Virus record (IMG/VR): IMGVR_UViG_3300030419_002509
Location: 1-35,097 of that record
Direction: 5' to 3' (one strand)
DNA length: 35,097 nt
Source: a virus
Taxonomy: Duplodnaviria > Caudoviricetes
In this document: positions 7,996 to 15,319 of the stretch, in pieces
How positions within the stretch are numbered: position 1 is the first letter of the stretch
Layout of the letters: each line of letters begins with the position of its first letter
Program-made: the position numbers and the translations under genes
Notes under the pieces: generated by a model
Told to the model about the DNA's origin: nothing
The model's input: only the letters and a program-made list of their open reading frames with translations
The model's database searches: none

Positions 7996-9861
7996 CTACG
8001 CACGAACTATTCTATCGTAATCAGATTCCCAAACGGTAACGACATTGAATCCCATGTCCCTTAGAGCCTTTTCGCGAGTCACTGTATTCTCGTACAGTTC
8101 TCCCATAGTTTTGCCTGTTTTGCTGTTCGTATCATTGGGTGAATAGACTTCGGGGTTGCCGTGCCAATAGTCTCCATAAAACTCGTAGATGGTATTGGTT
8201 GTTTTGCAGTACCCATCGGCTTTGTAGTATCGCCCGCCGTCAATAGGCAGGTGCAACTCTCCCATGTTCTCCGCGTGCTGAATGAACAGGTCTTGTTCTC
8301 GCATGAGTCGCTTCAACCATGCTATCGCTTTCAGTGAATAACTACGGGGCTGTGCTCCGGCGTTGAACTCGGGTAAGGTGAAATCCCCACTACCGCGGAA
8401 GTGTCCTTCACGCCACTTTACTATCTCCCATTTCTCACCACGAGGTATGGGGTCGTACTCTTTGTATTTCTCGGTGTTCTTGATGAGGAAGGTGCAGTGG
8501 TGGGGTCGGACATAGCATGAGGCGCGAGGCCCACCCTTCGCAGTACTATCGGGGTAGATATACACCACACGGTCGTTACCCCATACCCATTGACGCAGTT
8601 GCTTTGGGGTATCCCCGTTCGCCTGTGCTCCGTTTTTCTTACCGGCACTGACACGCTTACGCCTCAAATCACCACGCAGTTCGGGTGACGAGTACGCTAC
8701 TATGAGTTTCATAATGAAAGGGAGTATATCGCGCATGTAAGAAGTAGGTTCGTCTTGTACCAACTCCATTTCATCTATCCTAACATCAGTCATGGCGGGC
8801 AACACTGCTCCCATTTGGTCTGCGAATTGTGCTTTAACAAACCACTCTTGGACAACCGAAGCGTCTTTTCCGTCTCGGACCATTTGTTTGATTCCTTCGT
8901 ATATCCCGTCTCGGTGTATGATACTCTTACGCGTGTGTTCGTTATCCCGAGGTAGTTTGAACATACGCTTGATTGACGCTTCGTCTAATCGGAGGGGGAG
9001 CCGGTTAAACGATAGATAGTAATTATGAATATTCACCGCTCTCTCATTTATCAATGAAAACATCACTCCGTCTCTATACGGATATACGAATGTATCAAAA
9101 CCCGTCTTAAATGCCTTATCTATTATTTTGCCATAACTTTTGTCAAAACTAAACACTACGCCTTTGCGTAGCAACGGGCTTTTCAGTAGCATGTCGCGAC
9201 TGAGATTCACGCGTGTTGCTTTCACTCGTGAGAGGAGACTCTTTTTCACATTGATTGTCGGAGCCATACGATATGTCGTGCTTCTGATTTTCGCCGTTTG
9301 ACTGTAAAGAGTGGAGTCTATCCCCGATGATATAGCCTCGCCTTCGTGGGAGATAATGTGAGTTATCCACCCGTTTTTATTAATGAGTAACCAATTGGAT
9401 TCGTTGCCCAAATCAATTTGTTCTTGTACCCGAGTGCAATATTGTATGGGTAATTCCAAATCCTTTAGACCACCTTCACCATCATCTATCTCCATGATAA
9501 CGCTACTGTTATTGACTCCCAATTCACGCAGTGTTATTCTGCTACGCTTACCCGGCATCACTGGTTCTACTAACACATTTTTCACATTCAATAATTCACG
9601 AATCGCGCCTTTGTCAGTCACAACTGCCCGCAAACGGTCTTCAGATATCTCTTCCGATGTGGAGTCTATCTCGTTGAGAACTAATCCACCCCAACCCGCG
9701 ACTTGATACGCCGGCTTGCCGTCTAAAAGCGCTACACCTCTATCGTCAAACTGTTTCCAATTGTCTGCATGATAGATGTCATCTTCAAGCGCCGCAGGGA
9801 AAGTCTTGAGGTTGTGGCCGTCCTTTGAATACGCCCACTCAAAGACATCACGCGTCATCAA
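7996..9861 (-). CDS. Large protein with C-terminal PD-(D/E)XK (Vsr/DUF559-like) endonuclease domain
   Basis: C-terminal KADGY...IYEFYGDYWHG...GFNVVTVWE; the N-terminal 500 aa are unassigned; visibly more AT-rich than its neighbours. Confidence 0.7.
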   Translation of the reverse strand: MMTRDVFEWAYSKDGHNLKTFPAALEDDIYHADNWKQFDDRGVALLDGKPAYQVAGWGGLVLNEIDSTSEEISEDRLRAVVTDKGAIRELLNVKNVLVEPVMPGKRSRITLRELGVNNSSVIMEIDDGEGGLKDLELPIQYCTRVQEQIDLGNESNWLLINKNGWITHIISHEGEAISSGIDSTLYSQTAKIRSTTYRMAPTINVKKSLLSRVKATRVNLSRDMLLKSPLLRKGVVFSFDKSYGKIIDKAFKTGFDTFVYPYRDGVMFSLINERAVNIHNYYLSFNRLPLRLDEASIKRMFKLPRDNEHTRKSIIHRDGIYEGIKQMVRDGKDASVVQEWFVKAQFADQMGAVLPAMTDVRIDEMELVQDEPTSYMRDILPFIMKLIVAYSSPELRGDLRRKRVSAGKKNGAQANGDTPKQLRQWVWGNDRVVYIYPDSTAKGGPRASCYVRPHHCTFLIKNTEKYKEYDPIPRGEKWEIVKWREGHFRGSGDFTLPEFNAGAQPRSYSLKAIAWLKRLMREQDLFIQHAENMGELHLPIDGGRYYKADGYCKTTNTIYEFYGDYWHGNPEVYSPNDTNSKTGKTMGELYENTVTREKALRDMGFNVVTVWESDYDRIVRA

Positions 9862-11255
9862 TCCTCACCCTTCCATCGGGCATAGACAATGCTGCCTTGC
9901 TTGCGCTCCTCAAACCACTGCTTCGCGTCTTTGTAATGATTGTATGTAGCAGGTTTGGATTTCTCTTGCTGTTTCATATAGCGGTCAAAGAGTGCGCTCT
10001 TCTGTACCCAACCGTCACCGTGCTTTTCAAGGTCGTGAGATTCACACTTAGCGAATGCCCCTTTCCATGCAGCAATCTTCGCCATCTTAACTCGGCGCTG
10101 TTGTCCAATTTCAACATCAGTCTCAAGCCATAGTAGAAGCCTCTCGTAAATATCGTAGATGATTTCAAGTGACATCTCAAGGTGTTCGCCTCGTACCACC
10201 CAAGTACCCTCAGTGAGGGCGAGATGTGTAGCGAACAGCACAAGATGGTTCTCAATGTTCGGCATGAACGAAGCCACGATTTCCTTGAGTTGTGCATCAA
10301 GACCGGTCAGTAGTCCGTAAAACTCATCCACACATGATTGTAGTGCCATATCCCATTCGGCATCAGTGGAGAACATTTCGTATCGTATGAGTTCGGCTGC
10401 TTCAAACCGCTCCTTGTCGGGCATATTGTCCCATGTCTCTTCGTCTATTTCGGCGAGTTCTAACAGACGCGCCTTACAGTTTTCTCGTACTTGAGCAAAG
10501 TGCGCGGACAGGTCTTCGGTCGGTACAGCATCGTTCATCACATTTTTGAACACGCCCGACATTCTGCGCTGACTGACAGCCTTTCGGTCGTCATCGTCCC
10601 AATGCACGACAAACAGCAGCACACGCTGGAACAGACCTTTCGTTAGCACGATGTCTTTGACACCCTGTGGTGGATAGGTTGTTATCCAAAGCGACACGCT
10701 TGACTGTGTGGTAACAGTACCCTTCGCCATCGGCTTCGTGAGTATGTTACTCTTACTACCAATAGGGTTCATCGCCTGTTGCAGGTAGAGAATCGTCTCG
10801 TTAGAGTGCGTCTTTCTGTCACCCTGTAACAGCACACTACCCTCGTCAAAGTTCAGTGCCTTCTTGCCACCAAGCGCCCCGACCTTCGTGTAGGTGATGG
10901 TCTCGTTACCCTCTTTCTCTTCGTAGATGGTACCGATAAGACCGGCATCGGTTGTACTCGCATAGCCTTCGGTATCAATTCCTGCCCCCTCAAGCACCTC
11001 ACTGATAAACTCCCACGCTATCGTCTTACCCGTCCTCGTTGGCTGTATCCAAAACACATGCACCCGAGGGTCAAGCATTGATGCCCATATCGGTACGCGT
11101 ATGTAATCCACTACGGCTTGTCCATTCACATAGAAGAATGACAGAAGCGCAGGTAACTCGTTATTGAACGAAGTTAGACTGAACCTATTGACATATTCTT
11201 CTATTATTCCATACTCTTTCACTGCGCTATAATCGCGCCATGTCCTATTACTCAT
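9858..11255 (-). CDS. MCM-like AAA+ replicative helicase
   Basis: Walker A variant QPTRTGKT, TDAGLIG, GAL, Walker B LNFDEG, LQQAM, arginine-finger GLFQR, probable C-terminal winged helix. Confidence 0.75.
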   Translation of the reverse strand: MSNRTWRDYSAVKEYGIIEEYVNRFSLTSFNNELPALLSFFYVNGQAVVDYIRVPIWASMLDPRVHVFWIQPTRTGKTIAWEFISEVLEGAGIDTEGYASTTDAGLIGTIYEEKEGNETITYTKVGALGGKKALNFDEGSVLLQGDRKTHSNETILYLQQAMNPIGSKSNILTKPMAKGTVTTQSSVSLWITTYPPQGVKDIVLTKGLFQRVLLFVVHWDDDDRKAVSQRRMSGVFKNVMNDAVPTEDLSAHFAQVRENCKARLLELAEIDEETWDNMPDKERFEAAELIRYEMFSTDAEWDMALQSCVDEFYGLLTGLDAQLKEIVASFMPNIENHLVLFATHLALTEGTWVVRGEHLEMSLEIIYDIYERLLLWLETDVEIGQQRRVKMAKIAAWKGAFAKCESHDLEKHGDGWVQKSALFDRYMKQQEKSKPATYNHYKDAKQWFEERKQGSIVYARWKGED

Positions 11256-11983
11256 TATTGGTTTCCTCCATTGTTCCCTTGCCTCTTAAGGCTGGAATTA
11301 GATTGTATGATTACTGCGTTCTCGCTGGTGAGAACATCTATCACACGGTTTCGTAGCACCTTCCCCATACGGGGTACATCGCGTAGGCATTCGCCGCACG
11401 CCGCCTCTTCAATGCTACCGCAAGAGGCTAGGATGGCCTCGGCCATATCTTGACCGATACCGGGAATAGTAAGTAGTGCATCAAGACGAACATCGTTCGT
11501 TGATACTCTTCGTACAGCCTTGGCGCCGTGGCGCGAGGCTGGTTTATTCACTTTCTCGTGAAGTGCTGTTAGGAAGTAAGCCGCTTCGCTAAGCGATGCT
11601 GCTCGGCACACGATGCAACCAAAGTCTGCTACCACTCGTGCTAACCCCCCGTTCAATTCTTTGAGTATGCGACCAAAGGTGGTCTTGCTACCGCGAGCCT
11701 TGACCTGTCTTAGGTGCGCCCCAATATCTCCCCATACTACTAGGGCAAACTGTTGGTAGTTGGCGTCCATGTTATCCAATTGGCGCCACAGGTGACCGTT
11801 ACGCATACTCTCAATAAAGTCACCAATGGTCTTCGCTTCCACGCATATCTCTCCACAGATGTAGTCGCCAACGACAAGTCGCTGTCGTGCTATAGGGATG
11901 GTCGGGCGGTGTCCTTCGCATCTACGCTCAATCGCTTCGGGTAGGCTACCGCGTTCGTTCGTGTCAATGATTAGTGGGTTCAT
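11255..11983 (-). CDS. ERCC4/XPF (Hef-like) structure-specific nuclease with HhH motifs
   Basis: IIDTNE, GDY, VEAKTIGDF, and HhH motifs IPGIG and VPRMG. Confidence 0.9.
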   Translation of the reverse strand: MNPLIIDTNERGSLPEAIERRCEGHRPTIPIARQRLVVGDYICGEICVEAKTIGDFIESMRNGHLWRQLDNMDANYQQFALVVWGDIGAHLRQVKARGSKTTFGRILKELNGGLARVVADFGCIVCRAASLSEAAYFLTALHEKVNKPASRHGAKAVRRVSTNDVRLDALLTIPGIGQDMAEAILASCGSIEEAACGECLRDVPRMGKVLRNRVIDVLTSENAVIIQSNSSLKRQGNNGGNQ

Positions 11984-12429
11984 GGTTCCACCCTCTCAAA
12001 TCCAAACTCGTTCATGGTTTCATCACTCACTCCCATACTAAGGAGTGCCGCGAGTAATCTCTCGTCTGACCTTTCTTGCAGCCGCTTCGCACGCCTCTCC
12101 TTGACCTCGGGGAGCCGCTCATATTCTCGTTTCTTCCTCTTGACATCGGGGCGCTGATTGTACTTACGACTATATCCACGCCTTCGCTCTCTGACTTCGG
12201 GACGCTGATTGTACTCGCGAAGTTTTTTCTTAACCTCGGGGCGTTGTCTTCGCTCATATTCCCTTTTGATTACTTCGGGGCGTTTGTAGTACTCACGCAT
12301 ATATTCTCTTTTGTAAGCACGGCGCCGTAGATTCTTAGATTTTCTAAGGCAGTCACCGACACAGTACCTACGATGATGATGAGAGTCTTTAGGTAAAGGT
12401 GTATCACACCACTTACACAGACGAGTCAT
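11980..12429 (-). CDS. Zn-finger plus basic (Q/K)RPEV(K/R) repeat protein
   Basis: CKWC...YCVGDC followed by five RPEV/RPDV/LPEV repeats; ATGA overlaps at both ends. Confidence 0.75.
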   Translation of the reverse strand: MTRLCKWCDTPLPKDSHHHRRYCVGDCLRKSKNLRRRAYKREYMREYYKRPEVIKREYERRQRPEVKKKLREYNQRPEVRERRRGYSRKYNQRPDVKRKKREYERLPEVKERRAKRLQERSDERLLAALLSMGVSDETMNEFGFERVEP

Positions 12430-13505
12430 TCAAACGCCCCCGTTCCGTCCCATAGTTGGCACTTACCTAAGCAGAATCCTTTGTCGTATAGTGTAGAGCA
12501 GTGTTGCGAATAGCCACGCTTGACTATGTTATCCACTTGGTATCTCGTGACACTTGGGTCATAGTCAGCCCACTGTAGCGATTCAATGTACCCTCCTATC
12601 CGCTCAACATGTTCGTCAAGTTGCGGGCCATAGACTCGCTCAACAGGGAGGAACCTACGCAATCGTGCGGCGAGATACGCCACGAGACTGAACCGCGCAT
12701 CGTGTGGTGGGTTGCTACCGACTTGACAAGCCGCTTGTTCAAGGCAGGGTAGGATTTTGATGTTGCCCATTTTCACTGTCTCAAACTCCATCGGTTTAGC
12801 GAAGGTGTTGAAGTTGCGTGTATGTACCTGCTCAATCGGTAAGTCTGCACCTTGATTACCGTACGCGTGGTAAGTATTGCGAGGCTGTTCAGCCCTCTCA
12901 CAAATCTCATCCCACGACCACGATAGTAACTCCTCGCTCTTGAGTGGGATACTCCACCTACCGACATGCTGTTTGGCGTTGTATGAATTGGGTATGCGAA
13001 TTAGTCTCGCCATATCAAACGGTACTGTTGGGTCAATACAGCGCAGGCCGAGGCACTCTTTCCATCCCTTCAATAGGATGCGCCCCGCAGCCTTGATGCG
13101 CGATACATCACCACCACTAGCCGGTCGGTGTGTTTTGGATAGGGTCACCCATACATGGAACCCATTACCGCTGAACCATATCGCGTGGTTGATATCTTTC
13201 TCCATAAGCATTTGATGCAAACGCCTCACTTCATCCACCACGACATCTCCGGTCACTTCATACACGGTGCTACCGCTGCGAGCCTTACGGTCAAAGTCAA
13301 GCACGAAGTTTGGCACTACGGCTGTGTTGTATTCCGCCCTGTTACCTTGAGGCTTGACAGCGCGAAACCCATAGACGCTCATGTAAGCACAATCAGCGTG
13401 CTGTAGGTTGCGCCAATAACGCTCAAACTCTTTGCGGTTATGAACTACTTTACGGAACAAACCTACCTCACGGGGGAACTCAAATTGTAACGGTGATTCA
13501 CTCAT
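12426..13505 (-). CDS. Archaeo-eukaryotic primase, PriS catalytic domain fused to PriL-like Fe-S C-terminal domain
   Basis: LDFD, SGNGFH, D..RLIRIPNS; C-terminal LPC, H..R and C-x8-C-x3-C cluster. Confidence 0.88.
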   Translation of the reverse strand: MSESPLQFEFPREVGLFRKVVHNRKEFERYWRNLQHADCAYMSVYGFRAVKPQGNRAEYNTAVVPNFVLDFDRKARSGSTVYEVTGDVVVDEVRRLHQMLMEKDINHAIWFSGNGFHVWVTLSKTHRPASGGDVSRIKAAGRILLKGWKECLGLRCIDPTVPFDMARLIRIPNSYNAKQHVGRWSIPLKSEELLSWSWDEICERAEQPRNTYHAYGNQGADLPIEQVHTRNFNTFAKPMEFETVKMGNIKILPCLEQAACQVGSNPPHDARFSLVAYLAARLRRFLPVERVYGPQLDEHVERIGGYIESLQWADYDPSVTRYQVDNIVKRGYSQHCSTLYDKGFCLGKCQLWDGTGAFE

Positions 13506-13803
13506 CGCTGATTTCCTCCGTAATACGAGACGCCTGTTCCTCTGTTAGTGCGTTTGACCGCTCCTGTGCATTCCACCCGTCTATCCATTCAATCAGTCGC
13601 TCGTAGATGTGCTTGACTTCCGCGGGGTCGTATAGATAGACAGGGTCAAGCGTGAATACGATGTTGAAACCATCATGGTCTGTATCAAAATGGCATCGCT
13701 TGTCTCTCGCTGCACCGAACCGTACAGTAACATGGGCGTTATCAATCTTGGACTGAATCATAGCCTGTACGAAGTATCTGAATTGCCTCTCCATCGTCAT
13801 CAT
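13498..13803 (-). CDS. Hypothetical protein
   Basis: ATGA coupling to the Cas4-like gene at 13800-13803; about 101 aa. Confidence 0.65.
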   Translation of the reverse strand: MMTMERQFRYFVQAMIQSKIDNAHVTVRFGAARDKRCHFDTDHDGFNIVFTLDPVYLYDPAEVKHIYERLIEWIDGWNAQERSNALTEEQASRITEEISDE

Positions 13804-14717
13804 GTTGTAGCCCCCGCAGCGAACGGTGTGTATTTTGGACAGTATTCCATGAAGTCGCACCAGCCACATTTGAAGTCATCCTTAGTAGTGGGGAACTCTT
13901 CGGTAAGGTACGCGGTTAGTAGTTGCGCTACTCGGCGGTGCATAGCGGTCTCTGCTCGCTTACCCACTTTCTCGTAGTGCCACTTGTCTGCCTTCGGGAA
14001 TCGCCACCCCCAGTGGGTGACAGTCTTACCACGAATGTTCTCGGGCAAATCGTTGGGGTCAGCGATTTCAAGCAGGAACTTGTAGTACGCCATCTCTCTA
14101 CGCATTTGCGCTCTCTTGGCCGGTGACCATTTACCTGTCTTTAATTCCATAAGTGCTAACCCACCTTCACCATTGTCAAATATCCTGTCAATGATACCCA
14201 CGAAATGAACCTCGGTCTCTCCCAACTCGGGGACATCATAGGTCACTCTCGCTTCTACTCTCAACTCGTTACCTAACGGGATGAACTCTTCCGGTGGAGT
14301 GTGTCGCAATCGCTCCATCTCATGCCGAATCAACCACTCACGGTTCTCCGCATAGGGAGCCGTATAGAAGGGCTGATTCATGTCACGAGAGTCGCGCCAC
14401 TCGTTCTGTTTCATTTGGTAAGCGGAAGGGAATAACACCTCAAGCGCATCGTACGCCTGTCTCGTATTACCTTTCAGCATAGCAGTACTCGCTACCTCAA
14501 CATTGTCGTTGTCTTCGTTACAGTGCTTGTAGAACTGTTCCAATGCGTTATGTACATCGTTACCAACAGTCATCGCTTCGGTCGCTTCACGCTCTATGGG
14601 CAGAGTCTTGTCAAGCCACAGTTGTTGTAAGCACCAATCAACAGCGCCAACTGTAGATTTGCTGACTCGTATGATACCGTCACTATCGGGTGACCATACA
14701 TAGGAAGAGCGAGACAT
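13800..14717 (-). CDS. Cas4/AddB-like PD-(D/E)XK nuclease with 4-Cys cluster
   Basis: N-terminal WC, G...H, GIIDRI, ELKTG, AYY, CGWCDFMEYC; start reset to ATG 14717 (TGATG overlap, GGAGTG RBS). Confidence 0.88.
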   Translation of the reverse strand: MSRSSYVWSPDSDGIIRVSKSTVGAVDWCLQQLWLDKTLPIEREATEAMTVGNDVHNALEQFYKHCNEDNDNVEVASTAMLKGNTRQAYDALEVLFPSAYQMKQNEWRDSRDMNQPFYTAPYAENREWLIRHEMERLRHTPPEEFIPLGNELRVEARVTYDVPELGETEVHFVGIIDRIFDNGEGGLALMELKTGKWSPAKRAQMRREMAYYKFLLEIADPNDLPENIRGKTVTHWGWRFPKADKWHYEKVGKRAETAMHRRVAQLLTAYLTEEFPTTKDDFKCGWCDFMEYCPKYTPFAAGATT

Positions 14718-15043
14718 CACGCCCACTCCTTTCTGAACTCGTATTCTTGCCGCTCCCTCGCACACTTATCGCAACAGAAGAACTGTTGTTTCTTCCTCTT
14801 CCTGCCATTAATGACTTTGAAGTTCGTTACGATATAAGACTCGGGTTCCATAATTTCTTGTCCGCACTGTTCGCAGCGAGTAAGTAAGGTGTCTATGCAA
14901 TTTTCACATAGGTCACCGTTCTCTTCGGTCTTTGCTAAATGGGCTAAATCATGGCACCAATCACAGTGACTGCCGAAGCATTCGCAACTCATCTCATCGT
15001 TACCGCAATCGCTACAGCCCCTCAATCTCCAATCTACACTCAT
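14717..15043 (-). CDS. Multi-CxxC zinc-binding protein
   Basis: CSDC, CEC, CDWC, CENC, CEQC, CCDKC. Confidence 0.75.
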   Translation of the reverse strand: MSVDWRLRGCSDCGNDEMSCECFGSHCDWCHDLAHLAKTEENGDLCENCIDTLLTRCEQCGQEIMEPESYIVTNFKVINGRKRKKQQFFCCDKCARERQEYEFRKEWA

Positions 15044-15315
15044 TCATCATCCCCCGCCTTCGGCCAGTTATGTAGCCCCGTGTGCTTATCCGGCTTGAGG
15101 ACAGGGCGCGGCTCAAGCGCGCCCCAATCCACCAAATCCTGTTGCCCTTCGGGCATTGTCATCCGTGGGAAATAGTCGGTCAGTTTTGTTTCAACGGTGT
15201 TAGCCATCGTCAATACCTTCGGCTTCCCCTCACGGGCTTTTCGTTCTCCTGTTTCTACACCTTTGTTTGGGCGTAGCCAGTCCCATACTTTCTTAATCGT
15301 TTTTGGTTTTCTCAT
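15040..15315 (-). CDS. Small basic protein with PIP-box-like motif
   Basis: Directly downstream of PolB; contains ETKLTDYF. Confidence 0.6.
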   Translation of the reverse strand: MRKPKTIKKVWDWLRPNKGVETGERKAREGKPKVLTMANTVETKLTDYFPRMTMPEGQQDLVDWGALEPRPVLKPDKHTGLHNWPKAGDDE

Positions 15316-15319
15316 TTTA

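Noticed and set aside
12100-12310. DNA repeats as a mini-CRISPR array
   Set aside because: They are degenerate, in frame and explained by the RPEV protein repeats.
13800-14717. Cas4-like gene as evidence of a CRISPR-Cas system
   Set aside because: No cas1/cas2 and no repeat-spacer array are seen; solo Cas4-like nucleases are common in archaeal virus replication modules.
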